Shown one piece after another: positions 1 through 10,056 of a stretch of 45,609 nucleotides of DNA. Origin of the DNA: a phage; the NCBI GenBank assembly GCA_030873995.1, contig GCA_030873995.1_4701.1. The stretch is one strand, 5' to 3'. The translations under genes and the position numbers were made by a program. Numbering within the stretch: the first letter of the stretch is position 1; every line of letters starts with the position of its first letter. The notes beneath the pieces were generated by a model. That model was not told the DNA's origin. It did no database searches and was given only the letters and a program-made list of their open reading frames with translations.

Positions 1-270
1 AAAAAATTCAAACTTGCATCTGATAAGTTAGACAACAATATGGTAACTAAGCCTAAGCACTACGAGTTCTTTGATGGCGTAGAGGCAATCACTATCATTG
101 CCCGCAGTATGACCGAGAAGCAATTCGCTGGCTATTGCATGGGTAATGCTTTGAAGTACCGTCTACGTGCAGGTAAGAAATTCAACACTGAAGAAGATCT
201 GAAGAAAGCAGACTACTACAAAGAGTTATTCCAGAAGCATCGTCACGAATGTATTGATGAGGATATTTGA
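1..270 (+). CDS. nucleotide (dNMP) kinase, T7 gp1.7-like, C-terminal part; open to window start and in frame with 45376..45609
   Basis: Block HYEFFDGVEAITIIARSMTEKQFAGYCMGNALKYRLRAGKK matches the T7 gp1.7 C-terminus as recalled; no stop between position 1 and 270 in this frame. Confidence 0.55.
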   Translation, partial: KKFKLASDKLDNNMVTKPKHYEFFDGVEAITIIARSMTEKQFAGYCMGNALKYRLRAGKKFNTEEDLKKADYYKELFQKHRHECIDEDI

Positions 271-271
271 G

Positions 272-460
272 ATGGAAGATAAACTTTATCAAGGCTATTA
301 CGGTATCTTATATAAGATAAGCCAGAATGGTTCTGTATTGGCTTCTTATGATAAAGGTGAAAGATGGCAGGTAAGTGCTTTTGGCTCTAACTTATCACGC
401 TTTAAAGAGGAAATAGCTAAAGGCGCTATGCTGGAGGTGAAGGTAGATGAATATCTTTGA
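272..460 (+). CDS. hypothetical protein (62 aa)
   Basis: ATG at 272 preceded by GAGGA; ORF track 254..460 trimmed to the RBS-supported start. Confidence 0.4.
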   Translation: MEDKLYQGYYGILYKISQNGSVLASYDKGERWQVSAFGSNLSRFKEEIAKGAMLEVKVDEYL

Positions 461-1394
461 GTTCCTAGGTCTTCCAGAAGACCACCGCAATCACCCATTC
501 ATGCTGGTGAAGCATCGCGGTGAAGTTCCTGAGAAGAAATTAACTTTTCCATGTTATGCACAGGTGAAACGAGATGGTATCTTTTCTGCTGTTGTTGTTC
601 GCGCTGATGGTGTCGTTGGCATTTTTGGTCGCACTGGTAAGAAACTGGCAAACACTGAAGGCCTCGAACAAACCTTTGCTACCTTTCCGGTTGGCGTTTA
701 TCTTGGTGAGCTTCAGTCTATGGCCGTTGATATCTACCTTGAGGCGATCTCTGGGGTTGTGAACCCTAACCGCACCGAGCCTCTTGATTTCATAGGTCAG
801 CAGATTAAAGATAACCTGTATATCGACTTCTTCGATATGTTAACTATTAAGGCATTCCACGATGGATTCACTGATGTTTCTTATCTCAAACGTTACGATG
901 CTTTACATCGCCGCATCGGCGCTCATCTTAGCGGGTACAACGCTATCCTTCCTATTACTCCTTGCCATAATGAGCGAGAAGTTGAAGCGTTTGCGCAAGA
1001 GCAGATAGACGCAGGCCGAGAGGGCGCTGTGTTTAAACTGGACTGTGATTATGAAGCAGGCCATAAAGGTTATCGTCAGACTAAAGAAGTCCGTAAGGTA
1101 ACTTATGACCTTACTTGCATTGGCTTTGAAGAAGGTAAAGGCAAGTACAAAGGTAAGGTAGCTAACCTCATTTTCAAATGGAAAGAGGGCAAGACAATCA
1201 AAGCTATGTTAGGTAAAGGGTGGACTCATGCAGATGCAGAACAGATGTTCCACGACATTAAACATGGTGGACGATTGAATGTCATTGGTAAAATCTTTGA
1301 AGTCAAAGGTCTTCAGGATTCAAGCAAGGGCAACATTCGTCTGCCCAAAGCGGGAGAATTAAGACATGACAAAGATGAACCAGATTTCTTTTGA
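447..1394 (+). CDS. ATP-dependent DNA ligase
   Basis: 315 aa; KxDG adenylation motif (VKRDG), EGAVFK and basic KGK-rich C-terminal motifs; RBS GGAGGTGA. Confidence 0.7.
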   Translation: MNIFEFLGLPEDHRNHPFMLVKHRGEVPEKKLTFPCYAQVKRDGIFSAVVVRADGVVGIFGRTGKKLANTEGLEQTFATFPVGVYLGELQSMAVDIYLEAISGVVNPNRTEPLDFIGQQIKDNLYIDFFDMLTIKAFHDGFTDVSYLKRYDALHRRIGAHLSGYNAILPITPCHNEREVEAFAQEQIDAGREGAVFKLDCDYEAGHKGYRQTKEVRKVTYDLTCIGFEEGKGKYKGKVANLIFKWKEGKTIKAMLGKGWTHADAEQMFHDIKHGGRLNVIGKIFEVKGLQDSSKGNIRLPKAGELRHDKDEPDFF

Positions 1395-1581
1395 TAGTAT
1401 GAAGGCAACTCGTGCCGTTGAGGTAGCAGAAGCTATCTTTGAAACTTTATCTTGCGGCATGGAAGTGCCGTATACTTTATTGGCTGATGCAGAAGAACTT
1501 GGTCTTTCTGTAGAAGCTATCCAAGAGAAGGTTGAAGAACTCTATGGTACAGACGAAGAAGAAACCGACGATTTCATTTGA
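1366..1581 (+). CDS. hypothetical acidic protein (71 aa), C-terminus EEETDDFI
   Basis: ORF with GGGAG upstream; acidic tail ending in an aromatic residue. Confidence 0.4.
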   Translation: MTKMNQISFDSMKATRAVEVAEAIFETLSCGMEVPYTLLADAEELGLSVEAIQEKVEELYGTDEEETDDFI

Positions 1582-1585
1582 AGGG

Positions 1586-1714
1586 ATGGAGATGCTTGAG
1601 GTGATCCTCAGGCCTTCCTCACCAAAAGTAACTAAGACTCATGAAGAGTTATTAGTGGACGAAGTTAAACGTTACATTATGGATTGTGTCAAGGCACAAC
1701 TGGTAGTTCAATGA
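1586..1714 (+). CDS. small ORF (about 42 aa) whose stop overlaps the GNAT start (ATGA)
   Basis: ATG 1586 or 1592; stop TGA 1712-1714 overlaps ATG 1711; start uncertain. Confidence 0.25.
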   Translation: MEMLEVILRPSSPKVTKTHEELLVDEVKRYIMDCVKAQLVVQ

Positions 1715-2172
1715 TACGTCAAGCATCTTTCTTAGATATACCTGAGATTATTAATCTTGGTGACAAATATGTAGAAGAGGAAGTTAATGTTGTAGCACAC
1801 CACTCCCCTTCATGGAATGCAGAACAAAGCGCAGCAAACCTGTGTGCATCTCTTGTTCGAGATGATTTATTCTTATGGGTTGCTGTAGATGAGGGTAGTA
1901 TTGTAGGGTTCCTGTGGGCTGGATATCATGACTTAGCCCCTTGGACACAAGTGCGTGTTGCATCTGATATTCTTTTCTACATCGTACCAGAGAAGCGTGG
2001 CACTCTCTTAGGAATGAGGCTTATCAAAGCCTATAAGCAATGGGCTTTTGAGAAGGAATGTGCTGAAGTGAGGCTGTCTATTGCCTCTGGTATCAATGAA
2101 GAGCGTGTCGGGCGTATGTATGAGTTGTTAGGCTTCAAGACGTTCGGCACTGTGTATAACCTAAAACTTTAA
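1711..2172 (+). CDS. GNAT-family N-acetyltransferase (putative)
   Basis: 153 aa; acetyl-CoA motif-A-like PEKRGTLLGMRLI followed by conserved aromatic/acidic residues. Confidence 0.55.
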   Translation: MIRQASFLDIPEIINLGDKYVEEEVNVVAHHSPSWNAEQSAANLCASLVRDDLFLWVAVDEGSIVGFLWAGYHDLAPWTQVRVASDILFYIVPEKRGTLLGMRLIKAYKQWAFEKECAEVRLSIASGINEERVGRMYELLGFKTFGTVYNLKL

Positions 2173-2181
2173 GGAGGCAAT

Positions 2182-2391
2182 ATGGGTGTCGTGAAGAAGG
2201 CATTTAAAGCAATCGGTCTTGCATCTGAGACGCCGAAAATTGAGGCAGCTAAGGCTCCGGCGCAACAGCTAGAGCGTCAGCCTGAGACGGAAGCAGAAGA
2301 TGTAACGCTGGGTCAAGACGATGACACCACAACCACTTCTCGTGGTAAGCGTGGGCTTGTTCGTCCGGTTGCATCTAGTTTAGGAGTATAA
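2182..2391 (+). CDS. small virion protein, T7 gp6.7-like (putative)
   Basis: 69 aa, acidic with basic C-terminal SRGKRGLVRP; AAGGAGG RBS; directly upstream of portal. Confidence 0.45.
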   Translation: MGVVKKAFKAIGLASETPKIEAAKAPAQQLERQPETEAEDVTLGQDDDTTTTSRGKRGLVRPVASSLGV

Positions 2392-2392
2392 T

Positions 2393-3943
2393 ATGAGGCA
2401 AGACACCGACCTTGAATATGGTGGCAAGCGGTCTAAGATACCTAAGCTGTGGGAGAAGTTATCAACTAAGCGTAACCCATTTATGGATAGGGCTAAACAT
2501 TATGCCAGACTCACCTTGCCTTACCTTATGAATGAGGAGGGTGATAACAATACATCTCAAAACGGATGGCAAGGTGTCGGTGCTCAAGCCACTAACCACT
2601 TAGCTAACAAGTTAGCGCAAGTTCTCTTCCCTGCTCAACGCTCTTTCTTCCGAGTTGACTTGACAGCAAAAGGAGAGAAGATATTAAACAACAGAGGTCT
2701 TAAGAAGACCAAATTAGCTACGCTATTTGCTCAAGTAGAGACTGCTGCTATGAAGCAGTTAGAGCAGCGGCAGTTCCGCCCAGCGGTGGTGGAGTGCTTC
2801 AAGCATTTGATTGTTGCTGGCAACTGTATGTTGTACAAGCCAAGCAAGGGTGCAATCAGTGCGATACCGATGCATCACTATGTAGTTAATAGAGATGCCA
2901 ATGGTGAACTGCTGGATATTATCTTACTGCAAGAGAAGGCTCTCAAGACATTCGACCCTGCAACTCGCATGGCTATTGAAGTAGGCATGAAGGGTAAGAA
3001 GTGCAAAGACAGTGATAATGTAAAACTCTACACACACGCCAAGTATGAGGGTGAAGGTTTTTGGGAATTAAAGCAATCAGCAGATGATATTCCTATTGGT
3101 GAATCTAGCAGAATCAAGGCTGATAAACTCCCATTCATCCCTCTTACTTGGAAGAGGTCGTATGGGGAAGACTGGGGTCGCCCTCTTGCAGAGGATTATT
3201 CTGGGGATTTATTCGTAATCCAATTTCTGTCCGAAGCAGTTGCACGTGGCGCTGCTTTGATGTCCGACATTAAATACCTGATTCGTCCAGGTGCTCAGAC
3301 AGATGTAGACCATTTTGTTAACTCGGGAACGGGTGAAGTAATCACTGGCGTGGAAGAGGACATCCATATTGTACAATTAGGGAAGTATGCAGATCTAACA
3401 CCAATAAGTGCGGTGCTAGAAGTTTATACCCGCCGTATCGGCGTAGTCTTTATGATGGAGACTATGACGCGACGAGATGCAGAACGTGTAACTGCTGTAG
3501 AGATACAGCGAGATGCTCTTGAGATTGAGCAGAACATGGGTGGCGTGTATTCCCTCTTTGCTACGACCATGCAGACTCCCGTGGCTATGTGGGGTTTGCT
3601 TGATGCAGGTGACTCTTTCACTAGTGACCTAGTAGACCCTGTTATCATCACAGGCATTGAAGCGTTAGGTCGCATGGCAGAGTTGGATAAGCTGGCTAAC
3701 TTTGCTCAGTATATGGCATTACCTATGAGTTGGCCTGAGCCGGTACAGGCAGCAGTAAACTGGCCGGATTATATGGATTGGGTTCGTGGTCAGATCTCTG
3801 CTGAACTTCCATTCTTAAAGTCAGAAGAGCAGATGAAGCAAGAACAAGCACAGATGGCACAAGCACAGCAAGAGCAGATGCTTAATGAAGGAGTAGCTAA
3901 AGCTGTGCCGGGTGTCATTCAACAAGAACTTAAGGAGGCGTAA
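2393..3943 (+). CDS. portal (head-to-tail connector) protein
   Basis: 516 aa, T7 gp8-like size and position before scaffold and capsid; AGGAG RBS. Confidence 0.85.
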   Translation: MRQDTDLEYGGKRSKIPKLWEKLSTKRNPFMDRAKHYARLTLPYLMNEEGDNNTSQNGWQGVGAQATNHLANKLAQVLFPAQRSFFRVDLTAKGEKILNNRGLKKTKLATLFAQVETAAMKQLEQRQFRPAVVECFKHLIVAGNCMLYKPSKGAISAIPMHHYVVNRDANGELLDIILLQEKALKTFDPATRMAIEVGMKGKKCKDSDNVKLYTHAKYEGEGFWELKQSADDIPIGESSRIKADKLPFIPLTWKRSYGEDWGRPLAEDYSGDLFVIQFLSEAVARGAALMSDIKYLIRPGAQTDVDHFVNSGTGEVITGVEEDIHIVQLGKYADLTPISAVLEVYTRRIGVVFMMETMTRRDAERVTAVEIQRDALEIEQNMGGVYSLFATTMQTPVAMWGLLDAGDSFTSDLVDPVIITGIEALGRMAELDKLANFAQYMALPMSWPEPVQAAVNWPDYMDWVRGQISAELPFLKSEEQMKQEQAQMAQAQQEQMLNEGVAKAVPGVIQQELKEA

Positions 3944-4842
3944 TGTCTTTTGAAATTATTAATGAACCTGTAAGTCAGTCTGACGTTACTGAATCTAAGG
4001 AGGCTGCTGATGTTACTACTACCGACAACGATTCTACTGTTGATTCTTCTGGCAGCGATGTACAAGCTGACACAGGCAGTACAGATGTACAAGACACCAG
4101 AGGAGAAGATGCTGGAGAAGATGGAGCAGGAGCAGAGGCTGGTGGACAGGATGATAAATCTGAGCCAAATGACACCACAGATGCGCGGTTCTTCTTCGGT
4201 GAACAAGAAGTAGAGATTGAGATTCCTGATGACGTGTCAACTGCCTTGAAAGAGAAAGGTATTGATGCTATGCAGGTTGCCAAGGAGTTGTATGGCGAAG
4301 GTGGTAAATTTGAACTCAAGGAAGAGACAAAGCAGAAGTTGTATGATGCTTTTGGTAAGTTTGCTGTAGACGCCTACCTGAATGGCCTTAAGGCCTCCAA
4401 CGAAGCATTCATGCTCAAAGCTGAGACTCAAGCAAAAGAGGCGGAGGCTGCTGATGCTCAGCGCTTCACTGATATTGCATCTGAGGTTGGAGGGGAAGAA
4501 GGCTGGTCACGCCTTGAAGAGTGGGCGCTTGAAACCCTCTCGGATGAGGAGCTAACCGCGTTTAATGCTGTTATGGCCTCTGGCAACCAGTACCTGCAAC
4601 AATATGCTGTTCGTGAACTGGAAGGTCGCCGTAAGCAAGCGCAAGGGGACGATAAGCCGTCTCTGATTGAGCCATCAGCACCTGCTAAGGCTAATGAGGA
4701 TAACGGGCCATTAACTCGCGATCAGTATGTACATGCCATTGCAACTCTGAGCCAGAAGTATGGTAATGACCGTAAGGCTATGGCAGAAGCTCAGGCGAAA
4801 CTGGATGCCCGTCGCCGTGCTGGCATGGCTCGCGGTATCTAA
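3943..4842 (+). CDS. capsid assembly scaffolding protein
   Basis: 299 aa, very acidic, low-complexity N-terminus; start overlaps portal stop (TAATG); between portal and capsid. Confidence 0.75.
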   Translation: MSFEIINEPVSQSDVTESKEAADVTTTDNDSTVDSSGSDVQADTGSTDVQDTRGEDAGEDGAGAEAGGQDDKSEPNDTTDARFFFGEQEVEIEIPDDVSTALKEKGIDAMQVAKELYGEGGKFELKEETKQKLYDAFGKFAVDAYLNGLKASNEAFMLKAETQAKEAEAADAQRFTDIASEVGGEEGWSRLEEWALETLSDEELTAFNAVMASGNQYLQQYAVRELEGRRKQAQGDDKPSLIEPSAPAKANEDNGPLTRDQYVHAIATLSQKYGNDRKAMAEAQAKLDARRRAGMARGI

Positions 4843-4848
4843 TTCAGT

Positions 4849-4871
4849 ATTTACTGGACACTATAGAAGGG
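4849..4871 (+). promoter_or_regulatory. phage-RNAP promoter ATTTACTGGACACTATAGAAGGG (capsid promoter)
   Basis: Exact consensus; +1 G at 4866; followed by 5' hairpin GGGAGAAAAGTTCTCCC (4869..4885). Confidence 0.85.
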
Positions 4872-4921
4872 AGAAAAGTTCTCCCTAGTTATCAATTTGA
4901 TTTATAAGGAGATTATAACAC

Positions 4922-6130
4922 ATGTCTACACCGAATACTCTGACTAACGTTGCTGTATCTGCATCCGGTGAGGTTGACAGTCTTCTCATTGAGAAGTTTA
5001 ATGGTAAGGTGAATGAGCAGTACCTGAAAGGTGAGAACATTCTGTCTTACTTTGATGTACAAACTGTTACTGGCACTAACACAGTGAGCAACAAATATTT
5101 GGGCGAAACTGAGTTGCAGGTGCTAGCACCGGGTCAGTCTCCTAATGCCACCCCTACTCAGGCGGATAAAAACCAGTTGGTAATTGATACCACTGTCATT
5201 GCTCGTAACACTGTGGCTCACATCCACGATGTACAAGGTGACATCGATAGCCTGAAACCAAAACTGGCTATGAACCAAGCCAAGCAACTGAAACGTCTGG
5301 AAGACCAGATGGCAATTCAGCAGATGCTGTTAGGCGGTATTGCTAACACCAAGGCCAAACGTGACAAGCCGCGTGTTAAAGGGCATGGCTTCTCTATCAA
5401 CGTTAACGTAACTGAGAGTGAAGCACTGGCTAACCCTCAGTATGTTATGGCTGCGGTAGAGTATGCTCTGGAGCAACAGCTTGAGCAGGAAGTGGACATC
5501 TCTGATGTAGCTATCATGATGCCGTGGAAGTTCTTCAATGCTCTGCGTGATGCAGACCGAATTGTAGATAAGACTTACACTATCAGCCAGTCTGGTGCAA
5601 CCATTAATGGCTTCGTTCTCTCTTCTTATAACTGCCCTGTGATCCCGTCTAACCGGTTCCCTACCTTCGCTCAGAATCAGGCTCACCACCTGTTGTCTAA
5701 TGAAGATAACGGCTATCGTTATGACCCTATCGCAGAGATGAATGGTGCAGTTGCTGTTCTGTTCACTGCCGACGCACTGCTGGTGGGTCGTACCATTGAA
5801 GTGACTGGTGACATCTTCTATGAGAAGAAAGAGAAGACTTATTACATTGACACCTTCATGGCTGAGGGTGCAATCCCTGACCGTTGGGAAGCAGTGTCTG
5901 TAGTCACTACTAAGCGTAATGGTACTACTGGTGTCGCAGATGGAGAAGGCACAGACCACGCCACTGTTCTGTCCCGTGCGCAGCGTAAGGCTGTATATGT
6001 CAAGACCGCAGGTGCTGCGGCTGCATTCTCTGCTGCACCAGCAGGTATCCAAGCGGAAGACCTTGTAGCGGCGGTACGTGCTGTAATGGCAAATGACATC
6101 AAGCCGACTGCACTGAAACCTACTGAGTAA
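4922..6130 (+). CDS. major capsid protein
   Basis: 402 aa; own phage promoter with 5' hairpin upstream, strong hairpin terminator downstream; T7 gp10 position. Confidence 0.85.
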   Translation: MSTPNTLTNVAVSASGEVDSLLIEKFNGKVNEQYLKGENILSYFDVQTVTGTNTVSNKYLGETELQVLAPGQSPNATPTQADKNQLVIDTTVIARNTVAHIHDVQGDIDSLKPKLAMNQAKQLKRLEDQMAIQQMLLGGIANTKAKRDKPRVKGHGFSINVNVTESEALANPQYVMAAVEYALEQQLEQEVDISDVAIMMPWKFFNALRDADRIVDKTYTISQSGATINGFVLSSYNCPVIPSNRFPTFAQNQAHHLLSNEDNGYRYDPIAEMNGAVAVLFTADALLVGRTIEVTGDIFYEKKEKTYYIDTFMAEGAIPDRWEAVSVVTTKRNGTTGVADGEGTDHATVLSRAQRKAVYVKTAGAAAAFSAAPAGIQAEDLVAAVRAVMANDIKPTALKPTE

Positions 6131-6139
6131 TAACCTATG

Positions 6140-6175
6140 CCCTATCTACCTTGCGTAGGTAGGGTTCTTTTGTTT
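6140..6175 (+). terminator. late hairpin terminator after the capsid gene
   Basis: 10-bp stem CCCTATCTAC/GTAGGTAGGG, 5-nt loop, then TTCTTTTGTTT. Confidence 0.75.
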
Positions 6176-6185
6176 AGGAGGATTC

Positions 6186-6926
6186 ATGCCTTTAATTCAA
6201 AATACAAGTGATGTTGGACGTATCATGGCTGAGGCTTCCTTCAATATCATTGATAGCAAGCTGGAAGCAGTTAACCTGTGTATGCGAGCTATTGGTCGTG
6301 AGGGTGTGGATTCCCTTGACTCTGGCGACTTAGATGCTGAAGATGCTAACAAGATTATTGATATTGTCTCACAACGTTTCCAATACAATAAGGGCGGTGG
6401 TTGGTGGTTTAACAGAGAACCTAACTGGTTACTTAAACCTGACACAAATGGTGAAGTGAACATGCCAAACAATTGCCTTGCTGTTCTCCAATGCTATGCT
6501 CTGGGTGAACGTAAAGTCCCTATGACTATGCGCGCAGGTAAACTGTACTCTGTTTGGAATCACACTTTCGACATGTCAAAGTATGTGAATCAGGATGGGC
6601 GTATTAGGTTGACTTTGGTAACATTGCTGCCTTTTGAGCATCTACCTGCAAGCGTAATGCAAGCCATTGCCTATCAGGCTGCCGTAGAGTTTATTGTGTC
6701 TAAAGATGCAGATAAGACTAAACTACAAGCACACCAGCAGATTGCAGCACAATTGATGATTGATGTTCAGTCAGAGCAGTCTTCTCAGAAGAGACTTAAT
6801 ATACTTGTACATAACCCCACTCAGCGCAACTTTGGCATTATGGCAGGTGGCTCTCAGAATGTACCAGCGTTCTCCTATTCACCTTATGACACTTACCCTG
6901 TAAGGCCGTGGGAGGTTGATAGATAA
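6186..6926 (+). CDS. tail tubular protein A (gp11-like)
   Basis: N-terminal block IGREGVDSLDSGDLDAEDANKII...GGGWWFN resembles the T7 gp11 N-terminus as recalled. Confidence 0.75.
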   Translation: MPLIQNTSDVGRIMAEASFNIIDSKLEAVNLCMRAIGREGVDSLDSGDLDAEDANKIIDIVSQRFQYNKGGGWWFNREPNWLLKPDTNGEVNMPNNCLAVLQCYALGERKVPMTMRAGKLYSVWNHTFDMSKYVNQDGRIRLTLVTLLPFEHLPASVMQAIAYQAAVEFIVSKDADKTKLQAHQQIAAQLMIDVQSEQSSQKRLNILVHNPTQRNFGIMAGGSQNVPAFSYSPYDTYPVRPWEVDR

Positions 6927-9331
6927 TGGAAGTACAAGGCTCTTTAGGTCGTCAGATTCAAGGTATTAGCCAACAACCAGCAGCAGTGCGGTTAGATGGT
7001 CAATGTACTGATATGGTTAATATGGTTCCAGATGTAGTCAACGGTACACAATCTCGCATGGGAAGCACACACATTGCTAGGCTTCTTGATTCTGGTGACG
7101 AAAACATGGCAACACATCATTACCGCAGAGGTGATGGTGTAGAGGAATATTTCTTCATTATGAAGAAAGGTAGCGTGCCAGAAATATTTGACAAAGAAGG
7201 TCGTAAATGCACTGTGACCTCTCAGGATGAACCTATGGCCTATCTTGCTGAGGTTGTGAACCCGAGAGAAGACGTGCAGTTCATGACTATTGCTGATGTA
7301 ACATTTATGCTTAACAGGCGTAAAGTAGTGAAAGCTCGTAGTGATAAGTCTCCAAAGGTGGGAAACAAGGCTATTGTGTTTTCTGCCTACGGGCAGTATG
7401 GCACTTCGTACACTATCTCTATTAACGGCGAGCAAGCGGCGACCTTCAAAACTCCAGATGGAAGCGACCCTAGTCATGTAGAACAGATTCGCACTGAGTA
7501 CCTAGCAACTAAGCTATATGAGAGTTTACAGACATGGAGTAAAGCGTCACAGTACACCTTGCAAAGAGAAGGCACTAGTATCTACATTGAAACTAAAGAT
7601 GGTAGTGATTTCACTATTACTACTACAGATGGGGCCAAGGGTAAGGACTTGGTTGCCATAAAGAACCGAGTGTCATCTACAGACTTACTTCCCTCAAGAG
7701 CACCAGAAGGGTACAAGGTACAGGTGTGGCCTACAGGGAGTAAACCAGAATCTCGGTATTGGCTAGAGGCTGTACCTAAAGAGGGAGGTAACTTAGTTGC
7801 TTGGCAAGAAACTATTGCAGCAGATGTGTTACTTGGCTTTGATAAAGACACTATGCCTTATATTATAGAGCGTACAGGGATTGTCGGAGGTGTGGCACAG
7901 TTTAAGATACGACATGGCGATTGGGAAGACCGTAAGGTAGGCGATGACCTGACTAACCCTATGCCTTCCTTTATTGATGAAGATGTACCACAGGCGATTG
8001 GTGGTATGTTCATGGTGCAGAACCGTCTTTGTGTCACAGCAGGAGAAGCTGTCATAGCAACTAGGACTTCTCACTTCTTTGACTTCTTCCGCTTCTCCGC
8101 AGTGTCTGAGGTTGCAACAGATCCTTTTGATATTTTCTCAGATGCAAGTGAGGTCTACCAGCTCAAACATGCAGTAACCCTAGATGGGGCAACGATATTA
8201 TTCTCAGACACATCTCAGTTCATACTTCCTGGGGATAAAGTATTAGAGAAATCTAATGTCATACTCAAGCCTGCTACAACTTTCGAAGTGGATAATAGGG
8301 TGTCACCTGTGGCAACTGGTGAATCCGTGATGTTTGCTACAAGTGAAGGTGCTTACTCTGGTGTGCGTGAGTTTTATACCGACTCTTACAGCGACACTAA
8401 GAAAGCACAGGCTGTTACTAGTCATGTTAACAAGTTGATAGAAGGTAATATAACTCATATGGTTGCTAGCACTAATATCAACAGGTTACTTGTGGTAACA
8501 GACAGGGACCCTAATATTGTCTATTGCTATGACTGGTTGTGGCAAGGGACAGATCGTGTACAATCTGCATGGCATAAGTGGGTGTGGCCTAAAGATACTT
8601 TGATTCGCTCTATGTTCTATTCCTCAGAGGTATTGTATCTCCTTGTAGAACGAGGTAATACTGGTTTGTATCTAGAGGTGATGGATATGGGTGATGCTCT
8701 TACTTATGGTTTAGTTGACAGAATTAGACTGGATAGGCAAGCAGAGTTGATCTTCACCTATGATGCTAATACAGACCAGTGGGTTTCTAATGAGTTGCCT
8801 TGGAAGCCTACTGACCCAGCCTTACTTGAGTGTGTGATAATTCAAGGGTGGCCTGCTTATATTGGTGGTTCTTTTCATTTTGAATATGATGAAGCCAGTA
8901 ATAAGCTAATTACAACTTTTGATTTATCAGAAGAAGGCACTAATGCTATAGCTGTCGTAGGGCAGTTGTATCAGCAGGAGTTTGAGCCAACACAGGTCGT
9001 TATTCGAGATAACCAAGATAGAGTGTCCTACATAGATGTGCCAGTGGTAGGCCTAGTTCACCTTAACTTGGATAAATACCCTGACTTTGAAGTTCATATC
9101 AAGAACTTAAAGAGTGGCAAATTAAGAAAGGCTTTGGCATCTAACAGGAAAGGCGGGGCACTTAATAATGTTGTTGGTTATGTCAAGCCAGAAGAGGGGT
9201 CATTCAAATTTCCACTAAGATCCCTTAGTACAGATACTGTTTATCGTATCATTGTTAACTCCCCTCATACATTCCAACTCAGGGATATTGAGTGGGAAGG
9301 TTCGTATAACCCAACTAAGAGGAGGGTATAA
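6926..9331 (+). CDS. tail tubular protein B (gp12-like)
   Basis: 801 aa, size and position as T7 gp12. Confidence 0.8.
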   Translation: MEVQGSLGRQIQGISQQPAAVRLDGQCTDMVNMVPDVVNGTQSRMGSTHIARLLDSGDENMATHHYRRGDGVEEYFFIMKKGSVPEIFDKEGRKCTVTSQDEPMAYLAEVVNPREDVQFMTIADVTFMLNRRKVVKARSDKSPKVGNKAIVFSAYGQYGTSYTISINGEQAATFKTPDGSDPSHVEQIRTEYLATKLYESLQTWSKASQYTLQREGTSIYIETKDGSDFTITTTDGAKGKDLVAIKNRVSSTDLLPSRAPEGYKVQVWPTGSKPESRYWLEAVPKEGGNLVAWQETIAADVLLGFDKDTMPYIIERTGIVGGVAQFKIRHGDWEDRKVGDDLTNPMPSFIDEDVPQAIGGMFMVQNRLCVTAGEAVIATRTSHFFDFFRFSAVSEVATDPFDIFSDASEVYQLKHAVTLDGATILFSDTSQFILPGDKVLEKSNVILKPATTFEVDNRVSPVATGESVMFATSEGAYSGVREFYTDSYSDTKKAQAVTSHVNKLIEGNITHMVASTNINRLLVVTDRDPNIVYCYDWLWQGTDRVQSAWHKWVWPKDTLIRSMFYSSEVLYLLVERGNTGLYLEVMDMGDALTYGLVDRIRLDRQAELIFTYDANTDQWVSNELPWKPTDPALLECVIIQGWPAYIGGSFHFEYDEASNKLITTFDLSEEGTNAIAVVGQLYQQEFEPTQVVIRDNQDRVSYIDVPVVGLVHLNLDKYPDFEVHIKNLKSGKLRKALASNRKGGALNNVVGYVKPEEGSFKFPLRSLSTDTVYRIIVNSPHTFQLRDIEWEGSYNPTKRRV

Positions 9332-10056
9332 TGGCAGTAATGGCAACAGTAGGATCAAGCCTAGCCAGTATGTTCTCCAGTAGTGCAGGTGCTGCGGCTG
9401 CTAGTAGTGCTGCTGGTAGTGCCGCCGCTGGGAGTGGTGGTGTGCTTGGCTCTGTCGGAAGTTTCTTAGGTGGAAGCTCTGCTGGCTTTTCTAATGCAGG
9501 TTTGTTGTCTGCTGGACTACAAGGCTTAAACTTACTAGGCGGCCTATTCGGTGGACGAGATACCGCTAAGGCTATGCAGAAAGCACAAGAAGAAGAGTGG
9601 AGACAAAGGCTAGAAGCCACACGTGAAGCCTATTCTTCTGTGGCAAATGCAGAACGGTCTGCTGCAAAGCAATATCATTCTGACTTCCTTAATAATCAAA
9701 TTTCACTGATGCAGCAACGAGCGCAAGTTGCAGTAATGGCAGGTGCTACTGGAACAGGTGGTAGCTCCATCACATCCATGCTCAATGATTTGACGGCAGA
9801 AGGCGGTCGTAATCAGTCAACCATTATAGATAATTATGAGAATCAGCAAATCAGCTTTGCCAACCAGTTGAAGTCTATTCAACGCAGTGGACAGATGCAG
9901 ATGCGAACGTTTGACAAACCTTCCGCTTTGGGTACTTTGGTGAAAGGTATACCAAGCCTTGCATCTTCTTATGTCACCGGAAGTAAAGCAGGTATGGCGC
10001 TTGGCAAGGCTATCACTGAGTCTCGTACTTATTCATCAGGAACTAGAGGAGTTTAA
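9331..10056 (+). CDS. internal virion protein (gp14-like)
   Basis: 241 aa, Gly/Ala/Ser-rich N-terminus; first of three ejection-protein genes after tail tube B. Confidence 0.55.
   Translation: MAVMATVGSSLASMFSSSAGAAAASSAAGSAAAGSGGVLGSVGSFLGGSSAGFSNAGLLSAGLQGLNLLGGLFGGRDTAKAMQKAQEEEWRQRLEATREAYSSVANAERSAAKQYHSDFLNNQISLMQQRAQVAVMAGATGTGGSSITSMLNDLTAEGGRNQSTIIDNYENQQISFANQLKSIQRSGQMQMRTFDKPSALGTLVKGIPSLASSYVTGSKAGMALGKAITESRTYSSGTRGV

Noticed and set aside
272-460. N-terminus MRIFEMEDKLYQGYYGILYK resembling the start of T4 lysozyme
   Set aside because: The ORF is only 62 aa and lacks the rest of the lysozyme fold; the resemblance is short and probably fortuitous.
6128-6180. Possible capsid 10A/10B-type programmed frameshift extension
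   Set aside because: Tandem stops follow the capsid ORF and no extended alternative frame is open downstream; the hairpin terminator follows immediately.
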